A DNA stretch of 59,811 nt, the filler included, from Piptocephalis cylindrospora (Eukaryota), in the NCBI GenBank assembly GCA_003614145.1. It is 10 parts of 10 records of this genome, joined end to end, with 100 filler letters (N's around TTAATTAATTAA, not from the genome) between each part and the next. Parts side by side here need not be neighbours in the genome. Positions count along the whole stretch, not along the records: positions 1 to 5,925 come from KZ988342.1; positions 6,026 to 11,948 come from KZ988343.1; 8 more parts are not named here. The stretch is one strand, 5' to 3'. Below, piece by piece: positions 1 to 11,938 of the stretch. A model generated the notes under the pieces. The model ran no database searches. It was not told where the DNA came from and worked only from the letters and a program-made list of their open reading frames with translations. Each line of letters begins with the position of its first letter. Position 1 is the first letter of the stretch. Position numbers and translations under genes: made by a program.

Positions 1-144
1 CCATCGAGACCTTCAAATACCGCTGCCGCCGTGTGGGCTTCTTGTAAGATGGGCGCCAATAGAGCGTCACTTTTGGGTACATTTTCCCTATGCGACAATA
101 AAATTATTAACAACCAAAAAGATACATCAAATTTTTTTTCTTCA

Positions 145-216
145 TCGGTGATAGTATAGTGGTGAGTATCCCCGCCTGTCACGCGGGAGACCGGGGTTCA
201 ATTCCCCGTCACCGAG
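145..216 (+). tRNA. tRNA-Asp(GTC), nuclear
   Basis: Cloverleaf with acceptor TCGGTGA/TCACCGA, anticodon GTC at 178-180, T-loop GTTCAATTC, and downstream T-runs (222-225, 231-235) as Pol III terminator. Confidence 0.96.
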
Positions 217-367
217 AAACCTTTTGCTCCTTTTTACCTCAGGGGATGCAAGAAAATTGACATCCATTGGTTACAGAAGCATTTTCCTCATATTTTTCCA
301 ATTCCGTAAGTGTCAATGATGCCACCGCTCATATATTCATCTGGATGATATTCCCAAGCGGACGCCG

Positions 368-3300
368 TCACATTTCCGCCCATGTCAGTCGCAAGACATG
401 ATCCTCTCTTCTAGAGGTTGGTTTAATATACCCCAACATTTCTAGTTCTCCAGCTGCAACAATAAATCTGGTTCTGTAAGGGAAAAAGACGTGATAGCAA
501 GTGAGTCCTTTAGTCCTCTCGTTTTCTTCCCTACCTAATTAACTCTCACTTACGCGAGCTCTTCCTCCGTGTGCTTTTCTCCATCCCGGCGGGCAATAGC
601 GTGGAAGGCTTCGCACCAATCCTGAAGGTTGATATAAGCCCCGCATTCCAGATGCAGACGATAAAGGATGGAAGTATCTGGGAGCGTATGATCTAGGACC
701 GTCTCACTATGTGTCCCATCGTAGCTCAGATAGTGCCATGGACGTCCAAGGGCAGTTTGGATAGCAAGACGCGGATGAGGATGAAATGACTTTAGGAGGG
801 GAGAGGGGATGAATGGAGAGGATAGCATGATGATGATAAAGTCGTCAGGGTGACATGGGTCTTCATAAGACCGACAATCCTTACAGATAACCAAATGCTC
901 CCCTTACCTTTGTAATTAGTGAAGGATTCTCGTGGTAAGCTACTTCATGAAGAGGTAAGTCACGATAAGAGGTAAAAGCCAAGCTAGTGGAGAAGGTGAG
1001 AAAAGGTGAAGAAGAAAGGTTAGCCATGCATAAATCATCACATTTCCTATCCCTTTTTATCCTCATGCTCTTGCCAGCTAAAAAGGGAATTAAGTGCATT
1101 CTTACCTAAAGAATTCCTCAAGGCTGGTCCTCACTTCGGCCACGAGCAGGGAGTAAGTTTTTACTTCTAACGGAGTGCCCTCAGGAAATTCCAAACTCTT
1201 ATCCCTTCGAGATCCCTTAGTATCCCGGGAAGACTCCATTTCCAGACTATGCAAAACTCTAGTACCATTAGCCACATGAATCTCAACGTTTGCTTCTGCC
1301 TTTCGCTTTCTCCCTCGTTTTTTCGGTAAGCTGGACGGATTATCTATGGCTTCAGATGACTCTATCTCCAAGTTTCGAAGGTCATCGTGAAGAGCGTCGA
1401 TTTTGCCCTTGCATCTATCCATTCCATCCATGATCCGGACTACTGATTCCCCCCATAATCCAGGCAGAGTATTGCTGGAGCGGAGGCTATCCAGGACGGC
1501 ATCGAGAAAAGTGGAAAGTGCGGTGGATGGGAGCTCCCTAAGAACGACAAACAAAAGCATAAGTATCTGACCCTATACATATAATGAAGTCCGACTCATC
1601 GTATCTACGACTTACCGAACTCTGGAGAGGATCCGATCAAGGATGCCTTCCCGACCCCTTCGTGGCCCGCCCGATGAATCTTCCTTGGTTAATAAGGTGC
1701 CATTAAGGTAGTGTGCGTGTAAACAGGAAGCGCGGCATTCTTCCCAAGCGCCGCCTCCGAGGAAGGTCTCTCCCTTGGTTTCCCGAAGGGTATCTTTGGA
1801 TGACTTGGTGGGTGAATGAAGGTCTTCTTTTTCTAATACTCCCATCAGCTGAATGGCTATGCTCATCCCTAGGCTATAAAAGCACTGCTTATTCCGGTGG
1901 GCCTCCATCCATTCTTGGATCGCATTCTTCAGCTCCATCCCCTCTCCCTGAACTAGCTGCCGAGCACGGTTTAGATCCTCTGCGAGACCCGTTTTCACCA
2001 GGCCATCTACGTGAGCTTGAAAGGACCCTAGGGATCGTATCCACTCTTCATGGGCCTCTCCGAGCAGGGTGATAATGCGATTACCATCCGAAGCCATCTC
2101 CGGATCGGTTAGAATACTGAGGGGATTAGCATAGTAAAAATCCATCATGGCTAATTTGAAGCTTTGTGCAAAGGTCCGAACGGATCGATCACTCGCAATG
2201 AAAGCATCAAAGATCTGCGAGAAAGTACGGCACCCAAGGAGGAAGGGTGCATCCTGCCCCCCCGAGAAAAGATTTCACTAGTGTATCCACCCCTTTGGCC
2301 GATGATTCCAATTGAAGCCACGCTACTCGCAAGAGTCCCAGGGCTGCACGACTTAGGGCTCGAGAGAGAGCTGAGAAAGAAGTGGCCGCGGCCGCCAAGA
2401 GTACCAGAGGTAGTCGACTTGCATATTCACTACAGAGGGGTGATGAATTGGATGAGTGAATGCTTCTACGAGGATGGGTTTCGGATCAACATAGTAGACG
2501 TCTTCCCAAGGAATTATCAAGCGGGGAGAGGGAGGTGTACGAGAAGATTCCGAAGGAAGAAAGGAGTAGCTTACGATAAAATCATGACGAGGTCCTCAAG
2601 GACTCCAGAGGGAAACCCCTCAAATTCACGTAGGACAATGACTAAATGTCGGGTGTGTGGGTGTCGAGCGGGAGAATGATACCAGGCTTGCAAGGTCCGA
2701 AGATCATAGGGGGCCAGGCGACTCATTTTGCGTGTCGTCTGGTCCGTTGGAGAAAATAAAGTGTAAGTAGCATCCTCCTCCTCGTCTCCGTCCTCTTCCT
2801 CTGGAATTTTATGAGGACCTCCAGCAGAAGTTGCGAAGTTTTCGCCTCCTTGAACCTCTCTACCAGGATCGGTGAAGCCCTCGACAATCCGTTGCAAGAT
2901 GGTACGAAGGTGGGCTCCGTCTCGAGGATAGATGGTGACAACTTTGGCACGGTTATCCTGGTTAAGGGCTGATGTGATGGTCGAGAAACGTCGAGCGTGA
3001 TCTGGAGTATTAACCCCTGTATGAATAAGTCCCAATGGAAGTTGGGAACTAGGCGAAGGGTGCCAGATTTCCTTGATTGATTGATTATCCATCTCAGTTT
3101 TCTTACTGGGCGGGTGGGTAGATCGGACGAAGCGAACAACTTGCTCAATACTTTCTTTGTCCTGCTCCTCGACCACTTGCAGCATTCGGCCCTCCATCCT
3201 CTTCCACATCGTCTCCAACAGTCTCCGTCGCCGTTCCAATAGGTATACTGGCTCTTCCTCGTCCAGCAGTCGTCGAAAGCCTCGATACATGGCACGGCCT

Positions 3301-3632
3301 TCTAGGGAAGGCTGTCCTCGACTTTTACCCTTCTGACCCTTCCCACCTTTCCCAGGCCAATGAACGGAAAGGCACGCGTCCTTATCACTTGATCTAGCTT
3401 CCCTAGGCATGGTGGGTGGCTTGCTCTGAAAACTCCTGAAGACTTTAGGAGGAAGACCGGGTTGATGGGTATCAAATAATGATGAAGGGACGAAGAGAGA
3501 GGGGGAAGAGGGAGGGGAGCATCCCCACAGACTGTCATCATCTCCGCTATGTTTATCCCTTTGTCGCGCTGGCCATTTGGACAGCCGTTTCGTGTTTAGT
3601 GCGCTTTGGCCTAGAAAAAATAGCAACTTCAT
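368..3632 (-). CDS. ORC3: Origin recognition complex subunit 3, multi-exon; start codon uncertain
   Basis: ORF pieces match ORC3 motifs: [50 protein letters not shown], winged helix [22 protein letters not shown]. The last exon read by hand is [33 protein letters not shown]. Confidence 0.9.
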
Positions 3633-3804
3633 CAAAAAAAGTAAAAGTTAACGTACCGATCGGATGTACTTTACCATGCACATTGACATAATGGGGAGGA
3701 TGAGTGGATAGCAAATCATAGATGAGTAGTTTATCGTCAAATTGACTTTGTTCTTTTTGATTCATGTAGTTCCTTCCCTTCCCCATTGCTCTTCCATCCA
3801 TAGG

Positions 3805-4891
3805 ATGCCTCTGTGGCTCACTTTGCACTGCTTCGCTCCATCGGCATTTCGAAGAGCCGTATCCCCCTCTCATCAAGTACTACGGGCTTCTTCCTCCCGA
3901 AGCGCGCCAACCTTACCGGTTATGCCTCGCCCACGACCAGGACGTTCCGAACCTAATTATACTCTTCCCCCGACTGCCCTACGTGCTGGTCGATTGAAGA
4001 TTCCAGTAGTCCCACATGACGCGTCCAAGGTACGCTCTCTGTACCGAGCGCTCCTCCGAGAAGCCGGACACTTTTGGGATGATCGGACGCGAATCTACAT
4101 GCTCGACCGGATCAAGGAGCGGTTCCACACCTACGCCCACTGGACTTGGGCACCTCGGGTCGTCTCCAAGCTACGGGATGCACGAAGGGTATGTACATGT
4201 TGTGCATTGGGGCTGGGAGACCTAGAAGTTGACTTGCCAACCTCATAGAGTCTACGGATTATCAAAGGAGCGAACGACGGTGATCGAAAACATATTCAAA
4301 GAATCTTGCAAATGGCCTATGGACGATGTGGCCTATTACGGCATGAATTTCTCAAGGTAAATCGTCCCTTTCCCGCATTTTGTCGTATTCATCTTCACAC
4401 TGCTAATCATTCACTCATTCATCCACCGCTTCCCTTAGCCATTCATGAAACCCCCCGCAGACCATCCACCACCCACTGAGCCAAACCCTCGTCTTTCCCC
4501 CATGACACCTGAACTCCTTGCCTTGCTGACGCATTACAGCAAACGATTGATCACTCCATTGCCCGAGAGACGTGTACTGACCAACCGTCGACGGGCCCGA
4601 CTTCAGGAGCGACATCATAAGCGTAATCTTAAACGCGTCCAAGCCCCTCTCCCAGAGGCTATCTTGCGTGAAGTGGAGAGTAAGGCCCAGGCCAGGGCTT
4701 GCACTCAGTACCAGACTAAGATCTCCGTCAAGGAGGCCCGTCGTCGTCGTCGACACTTCCAACTCCTCCTCAAGTCCATTCCCATTCTTGTACCTTCATC
4801 CAAGGGCGCCGGATTCTTTGTTACTTTTTCCCGCTATGCTCAATCACTTCCTCTAGTTTCTCCCCCCCCTCCTTTCCAGACCGCAGAATGA
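3805..4891 (+). CDS. Mitochondrial LYR-motif protein (Cup1/LYRM-like); exons 3805-4188, 4249-4356, 4439-4891
   Basis: SLYRALLREA...IKERF LYR motif; spliced exon 2 gives ILQMAYGRCGLLRHEFLK; GT-AG introns keep the frame; basic N-terminus resembles a presequence. Confidence 0.7.
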
Positions 4892-5140
4892 GCCCTACAA
4901 GCCACGGATCGGTTTGGATGGTGACTATTGAAGTATGAGTAGTGCTGTTATTATTATCAAGGCGGTGTATACAATAGAAGGATGGAACAAAGGACATGAT
5001 GTATTTGAAACTGGTGAGATGGAATGTGCGTGATAAGGATGAGGAGACATTGATCAACCTTCCCCCTCTTTTGTTTCCTTGAATACCACCCTACCGTGAT
5101 CTTGTCATGCACACAACTGTACACTCAGCGTTAATGCTGC

Positions 5141-5925
5141 TTACATCGCCGTTTGGGGCCGGCGTACCTCGGCGACGGGCCGGGCCTCTTCCTTTTCCTC
5201 TTCCTCCAACTCCTGTGCCATCCAAAAGCCTTCTTCGACAGACCCAATCTCGGAGCCCTCTTGAGGGCTCAGGGTCAAGGAGAGGAGGGAAATCCTGGTC
5301 TCCCGTCGTGAGGTCATATCACCGCTAGCCAGGTCAGATTCAGACCAAAGAGAGGAGGCTATGGACACTCGACGATGCCAATCTGTCCAAGTAGGCTGGA
5401 AGTCTTGTGTTACTCCTTCTCCCTCCCCCACTTCCTCCCATGGCCAGGCGGGCGGATGAGTCCGGTAGGCTATGGCATGCGGGCGAGAAGGTGGAAGGGG
5501 GGAAGGGGAGGAGAAGGTGGAGGATCGACAGGAAGGCCGATGCATTGGGGAAGCCTCATCATCCTCGGGGGAGGAAGAGGGCATACCAAAAGCCGCCAAA
5601 CTCACCTTCCTCCCCTTTCGCGGAACAATCCCCGTACCAGATCCGATGGCTTGAACGGGCCGAATGTTCATGAATTGTGTGGGTCCCGGAGGAGAGGGTC
5701 CGAGCAGAAACTGCTGCTGAGTATGCGATGGGACGACACCAAAGGAGGTCCGTGCTATTGAACCTGTGCAATCTGAAGTCATGGTCGGGGACAGAGTATG
5801 GAGTAGGGAGGGATGATCGGGGGTGGGAGGAAGAGCCTTCTGAGGCGGAGGGTGGGGTGGGGGCGGGGGTGGAGGAGGATGCGGGGGAGAGGGAAAGTGG
5901 AATGGGAAAATCCAATAAAATGGAT
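5141..5925 (-). CDS. Possible 3' part of a low-complexity Ser/Pro-rich protein, truncated by contig end
   Basis: 213-aa open frame only; no recognisable domain. Confidence 0.3.
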
Positions 5926-6025
5926 NNNNNNNNNNNNNNNNNNNNNNNNNNNNNNNNNNNNNNNNNNNNTTAATTAATTAANNNNNNNNNNNNNNNNNNN
6001 NNNNNNNNNNNNNNNNNNNNNNNNN
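5926..6025. other. Artificial contig linker; same linker at 11949-12048, 17959-18058, 23968-24067, 29968-30067, 35962-36061, 41941-42040, 47899-47998, 53856-53955
   Basis: Identical 44 N + TTAATTAATTAA (stops in all six frames) + 44 N at each site; genes are truncated at several of them. Confidence 0.99.
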
Positions 6026-6637
6026 TGTTTTTTCTGCTGGGGTTGGTGTTGTTGTGCTCTCATGTGTGAGGGGTGGGGGGATACAAGATGGAGAAAGGAG
6101 GGATGGATTGGCCTTTCCTTTTCAAATTAGCTCTAAGAAGACAGTGAGAAAGAGAGATCGAGGAAGGGTTGTTGTTGTATAGGGCTCTTGGAGTGCGGAT
6201 CTGTTGGTGTGTCAGTTCAGTGCTCTTTCGTACTTCATTCATAACAATGACAATGTACACGGTTTACCTCGCTCACTCCAACATGCCAGGGTATCCTCCT
6301 CCACCCTTGTCTCCCCTAACCCCAGAAGCCCTCCCCCCCTCCATCGGTTGACACACGCGCTAAGGGGGAGAGCTCCGACGACGCACTTCACACGTTCTCA
6401 CTCGCCGCATCTCATTCAAGACGCGGTCAGGCTCAAAACATCTGCCCTTCCCCAGCTCATTCCTCTTCTCTCCTCATTTCTACTTGCCTTTCTTTCGATC
6501 CATTCTGTCTCTTGTCCCTCCGCCTTTTCCCCTTGCTTTTCCCTCCATCGTCCACACCATCGTTATCAAGGCAACCCCTATCCTCCTTCACGCTTCCTCC
6601 CCTTTCTTCACCAAACCCAAACCGATTCCACCCCATC

Positions 6638-6763
6638 ATGTCCAGTACAATGGGTTCGGCCACCAAGGAGCAAGTCCTTCAGGCTCTCCATGCCCTTTAC
6701 CAAGGCTCAGATAATGTGGCACGAGTCCAGGCTGGAAACTGGTTGGAGATCTTTCAAAAGACG
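6638..6763 (+). CDS. Exon resembling the N-terminus of transportin-SR/MTR10 (importin-beta family)
   Basis: MSSTMGSATKEQVLQALHALYQGSDNVARVQAGNWLEIFQKT followed by a GTAAGT donor; matches the VLQAL.ALY....A..WLE.FQKS first HEAT repeat. No further importin exons seen in this contig. Confidence 0.75.
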
Positions 6764-7000
6764 GTAAGTTTCTCATCCATCCGACCTCTCAGAATCCATC
6801 CCTCGGGAGATATGCCTCTTTCTTCTAGTCACGCACTCATCCTTCCCTGGACCCCTTACATTTATCCCCATGACCCTTTCCATGGGTGATTAATCATCAA
6901 ATTTTCCCTCTTCCTTCATCCTCTCTCTTTTTCATCCCTCTCTCATTCCCATCCCTACCACGCCTCTTTGATACATCCTTTATTTTCCACCCTTTCCTAG

Positions 7001-7974
7001 AACCATCATCATCGCCTCATTCTCCTCCTTCCCAAGTCATATATCATGCCACATCCTGTTACTGAAGAAAAGCCCACCTGGTAGGTGAATGGAGAGTAAG
7101 AGGAGGGTTAGCACCCTATCCTGTCCTATAAACTCATCCTATCGCATACAGCACAGATGAGGTTACCGACTTTATCCATCAACAGCCCCGGAAACACTCT
7201 CAAGTCTATCCGACTATAGAACACTGGCAACTGAGAGACCTTGTCCTATGTCCCGATACCCGAGGGGAACTGTATCTGGGTCATCGAAACAGTGTTCTCA
7301 AGTACAATACTTCAACCAAAAAGGTGAGCATCCTGTTATCCCATGGGCTCACAGATCCCGCGGGACGTGCCCAGTGATGGTGTGTGAGAGAGGGGATGGG
7401 CCATCCTTCATGCACGGACCATCCTCGACCGATGAGGCGGGCTGATGGGGGAGGTCTTTACCCATGCTGTGTGAGGAGGTGTCCCGTGCTGTCTCGGGAA
7501 GCATCCCCTACCCTCCCCTCCCCTCCCCTCTTCTCATCCCCTTGCTTCCCTCTTAGATCCAAAATGTCATCCAAGGTCTCACGTTCAATCCAGCCTCCAT
7601 CAACATCGGTCGGGGATATCTGGCCGCTGGGGGTCAGCGTGGGGAGCTGGTCGTGCAAAACCTCACCACCCACCAAAACCGACAAATCTCCACGGGGACT
7701 AAGATCAACAATGCCCTGCACATCTCCCATCATGCTGGGGAAGACCGGATCCTCGTGTGTAATAATGATTCCACCATCAAGGCCCTATCCCTTCCCTCCC
7801 TCCAGGAGGCCGGGTCCCTTTCCCTTCCTGTTGCCGTCAATCACTGCAGTGTCAGCCCCGATGGGAGGATGCTCGTGACCGTTGGGGACTCCAACATGGT
7901 CTATCTGTACGATATCCGAGCTAGCCATTATTCTCGTGTTGCTACCATGAAGGGTACGTGATGGATTGGGATTT

Positions 7975-8015
<41 letters not shown>

Positions 8016-8575
8016 ATGGGTATGTGCGGGAGGAAGAAGGAAACAGTCCTGACTAACAGCAACAACAACCATGATGCTCTCCTCCAGGAAGTGAAGATGC
8101 CGGATTCAGTACGGCGTGGAATGCTCAGTCACAGCAGTTTGCCGTGGCCTCCCAGGATGGCATTGTCAATGTATGGGACGTTCGCAGTACCAGTAAACTG
8201 GCTGTACTTGGGAGTAGTCAGGTAAGAGACGATCCAAAAGAGATCTTCACATCCACTTCACTCAACTGTATCCCCTTCCCCTAGTATGGACAACGAAACC
8301 CTGGAGCATGCAGAAATGTAAAATTCTCCTCGGCGCTCGGGACAGACCTTTTGGTGTTTAGTGAACACCTCAACAATGTGACCCTGGTGGATGCTCGTCA
8401 CTATAATGATCGTCAGACCATCCATGCTATTCCACCCGGGCAGAATGGCCATATTGGCGGGACATGCTTCTCCCCATGCGGGACCCGTCTGTACATTGGG
8501 ACGGAAAAGGCCATCCTGGAGTATGGGGTGGATGTCCTGGCACGTCGGCGACAATCCTTTGGTGCGTTGCTTTAA
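7001..8575 (+). CDS. WD40-repeat protein of the DUF2415 type; exons ~7001(or ATG 7046)-7080, 7152-7323, 7557-7953, 8088-8221, 8286-8575
   Basis: Spliced translation gives IEHWQLRDLV, YLAAGGQRGEL, INNA, VCNNDSTIK, VNHCSVSPDG, AGFSTAW..FAVASQDG, GACRNVKFS, DLLVFSEH. Confidence 0.85.
7979..8014. repeat. Compound (CT)n(GT)n microsatellite inside an intron
   Basis: Seen directly in sequence. Confidence 0.9.
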
Positions 8576-9679
8576 CCAACTGTCCTTATCCATGGACAGG
8601 GGGTAACTGTATGATTTGAGCCTTGAGGAAGGGAGGGGAGGTGTTTTAGCTTGTGTGTGTCCTTGAGAGCGGAGTTAAGGGGGAATGGTGGGTGGGAAGG
8701 GGGAAGAGGGGCTGTCGGGGAGAGGAGATGGATCATCACGTGATGTCCTACATCGTTAAACATTTACAGCAAATAATTTGAATCCGATGGATTCATCGTT
8801 GAAGAGGGAGTTGATGGATAGCCGATCTACCTTCCCCGGGGTAGGGTAGTGAACTAAGGGAGATCCGAACACAATGTGCCTATCTAGAAAGTTAGCGCAT
8901 GCGTAGTATTGAGGACTCTGTCCTTGATGTGATGTACCCCCTCTACTCAGGCTAGCTGGCCCCCCCACCGACTCCTATAGCCCACAGTATAACTGAGCTT
9001 TATTTATTGTGCGCAGGATGTCCATTTATCCTCATCATCCTGTCGTTCACGTTACATGTGATACTTGGGCTGGCTATGTGTCCCAGATGTCTCTAGGGCC
9101 TTCAGACCTTCCCACTTTATCATCCCCTTTCCTTGGCCGCTCCCTCCCTCTTCCGTGCTATAGGACAGGCGCTGCGAGATGAGCACAGATATAGTCCATT
9201 CGTCAACTCATGTTCCTATCTATTCCCCTTCCCATCCTCCCTCCTCTAGGACCCATGAGCACAGACATTCGTCGTCCTCCTCCTCTCACTTCCCCACACA
9301 CGCGCACTCCCCCCCTAGGGCTTGGCTTGCATGCCCCAAATTCCCCTTCTGCCACCCTCCTCTCTCTCTTCTCCGCTGGACCCATGACCGACAGGCCACA
9401 CACACACCGCCCTACTCATCCTGTTCAGCATAAATAAACGACCCTTGTCCTTTCCCTCCTTCTTTTTTCAGCTTTCAGCTTTCCTCATCCCATTGCCAAC
9501 TCGCCCATCCATTTCAATCAGCCATACAATTCATTCTCTTCTTCTCCCTCACCCCCTCCTCTCTCTCTCTGTCTCTCTCTTCTCTCCGGCAATAGCGATC
9601 CCTCCAACTCCAACGAGCATCCACTTCCCATCCTCTCTCCTCTTGATCCTCTCTTACTCTTCACTTTCCTTCCCTCGCA

Positions 9680-10825
9680 ATGCTCGCCACGATCACAGAA
9701 TGGTTCACCACTCTTCTTTTCCTCTATATCCACAACTCTAGTATTCTTTTACGTATTTACAAGGCGTACAAATTCCTTGTTCGTACCTTAACTGGCACCA
9801 CCGAACTTTCCAGGATATGCACTCCAACCCCGCTGGGCTCCTCTGCATCCGGGAGCGCCGTGGCCATGGAGAAGCTTCATGGGGAGGAAAAGGAATCTAG
9901 GCGTCGATCCTCCTCCTCTTCAGATGACTCCAATGTCCTATGGACCGAGGCCGAGGCGGTGGAAAGGATCCCGCTCATGCGGTCCAGGTGCAAGAGCATC
10001 GGCTTGGAGCTCGACATCTCCGTGGGGACTGTGTACCGCGTGGACCGGTCCATCCTCTACTCCTCCCGGCTCACCATGGAGCGAAGGGCCCTCGAGTCCA
10101 GGGAATGTGATCCCGATGCCATCTTCCATGCTATCCTCCGGGAAAAGCGCTTTCCCCACCAGGCCTCTCCCTCCACTCCGGCTGCCCTGGTCTTACGGTA
10201 CAGCCTGTACAACATCGCCGCCTCCCATAGCCTGGCTGCTGATGTCGGCGATCTTTCCCGTACAAAGTACGATCCCACCAACCCGGCCCACGAACGTCGA
10301 CTCCTCCGACTTTGGGAGGTCATGAAGCCCGAGACTGTTCTAGAGGATCGATACACCCGGCAGTGGCAGGAAATTGGCTTCCAGGGCAAGGACCCTTCCA
10401 CGGATTTTCGCGGCATGGGTCTCTTGGGCCTTGAGGATCTCCTGTACTACGGAGTCAGGTATCCCGACTTGGCGCTCCGGACCCTGGAAGGTTCCAAGTC
10501 CAATCCTGAATCCTGGTACTCTTATGCCATCGTCGGCATCAACATCACCTCCTTTGCCGTCGAGTGCCTCCACAACCGGTCTCTTCAGTACTTCCTCTTC
10601 CGGTACGGCACCTCCATGGACATTTACCACGAGTTCTACTGTTACCTCTTTGCCTCCTTCCACCATCACTGGATCACCCGGGTACCCCGACCCACCATCA
10701 TGCAATTTACCCCGGTCTTTGAGGAGTTCAAGTCCCTCATGCGCATTGATCTTCAGGAGCGGAGGCCCATCATCCTCGATGAGGCCTCTCCTGTCCTTTA
10801 TCAGCGTCTGAAGAAGGATCAGTAG
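9680..10825 (+). CDS. ELMO/CED-12 domain protein (ELMOD family ARF-GAP)
   Basis: Single 381-aa ORF with WQEIGFQGKDPSTDFRGMGLLGL and YSYAIVGINIT motifs. Confidence 0.93.
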   Translation: MLATITEWFTTLLFLYIHNSSILLRIYKAYKFLVRTLTGTTELSRICTPTPLGSSASGSAVAMEKLHGEEKESRRRSSSSSDDSNVLWTEAEAVERIPLMRSRCKSIGLELDISVGTVYRVDRSILYSSRLTMERRALESRECDPDAIFHAILREKRFPHQASPSTPAALVLRYSLYNIAASHSLAADVGDLSRTKYDPTNPAHERRLLRLWEVMKPETVLEDRYTRQWQEIGFQGKDPSTDFRGMGLLGLEDLLYYGVRYPDLALRTLEGSKSNPESWYSYAIVGINITSFAVECLHNRSLQYFLFRYGTSMDIYHEFYCYLFASFHHHWITRVPRPTIMQFTPVFEEFKSLMRIDLQERRPIILDEASPVLYQRLKKDQ

Positions 10826-11022
10826 GGGATCGGAAGGGAATGTGAGAGGGAAGGGGGAGAGGAGGAGGCGTGCTTTATGCTAACTTGACGAGATGGACTC
10901 GATGTCCCTTTTCCCTTTTTTCTCTTTCCCCCTTGATCCGCGTCTCTATCTCTTTAGATCAGTGAGGGGAGAAGGACCTACTCTTTATTTATTCCTTCAA
11001 CAAAGCCTCTTCTTCCTCCGCC

Positions 11023-11938
11023 TCAGTAAATGTCATCAAAGGGTCGGGTGTCGGTGAAGCAGCTGTCAAAGACCTCGGCCACCGCAGCCACCGCATCCTC
11101 CTCACTGGGGCAGGATGGACTCTGCTTGACGGACAGAATGGCACGTCTCTTCACACAGGCTTGATGTTGTTTGACAAAGGAAATATTCCCTCGACGCAGC
11201 TCTCGTGTCCACTTGCAATCTCCGCTCAAGTTGGCTGCTCGGATCTAGTGGGTGAGGAAGAAGGATGAGGTGGACTGACTACTCCCGTCTATCTCCCCCA
11301 AGGACAGGGTAATCCCTACCTCGGAGCATGCATGGTGCTTAATATCGTTCCATTGGACCTTGAATCGACTAGATAAGATCATGGTATGAGTGGGACGATG
11401 TACTTTTACATCCCCTTCCCCACCAACCTCTCCCCTACCAATGATCATAGGCATGAATCAACTCATGGGACAACGTATCCTCCATGTGTGTCTTGTTGAT
11501 GAACCGATTCTGGCACAAAGCGATGCCTTCCTTGGGTCCAAAACCCCCCGACCGTGTCAGGTCACATGGGAGACACCGGAGATGTCTGCTTTCAAAAGGA
11601 CACCCAGCCTTGCTGAGCTCAGCCATCATGAACCTTACCATGGGACCTGTCGTTGGGAGGGAGGATGTGAGGCTTCATGTCGCTAGGCCTCCTCGACCCT
11701 AAAAAGACTTACTGCGCTCCAGAAATTGCTTCTTCCACTTTTCGCACGTCTTTCTATCCCTTTCGGCCATCTCAATCTCGGAGAGTTGTTCGTGCACCTT
11801 CTTCTCCTTTTCCGTCAGCATATTCACCGAGTACAGCACGGCCGTTCGGAATCGTAGAAAGGCGGAGCGGTCACTGTGACTCAGATCCTCCATCACTCTA
11901 TGTTTTTCCTCTGAGGGTTGGTTTTGTTGAGCGCTCAT
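11023..11938 (-). CDS. ATP23: Mitochondrial inner-membrane metalloprotease ATP23, multi-exon
   Basis: CLPCDLTRSGGF, LCQNRF, HELIHAYDH (HExxH), HHACSE, CVKRRAILSV, VFDSCFTDTRPFDDIY*. Confidence 0.93.

Noticed and set aside
1..47. Possible last codons of a gene (IETFKYRCRRVGFL*)
   Set aside because: Too short to assign; I do not recognise the family.
5926..6025. Regularly spaced TTAATTAATTAA repeats every ~6 kb
   Set aside because: Artificial linkers between N-runs, not biological repeats or CRISPR.
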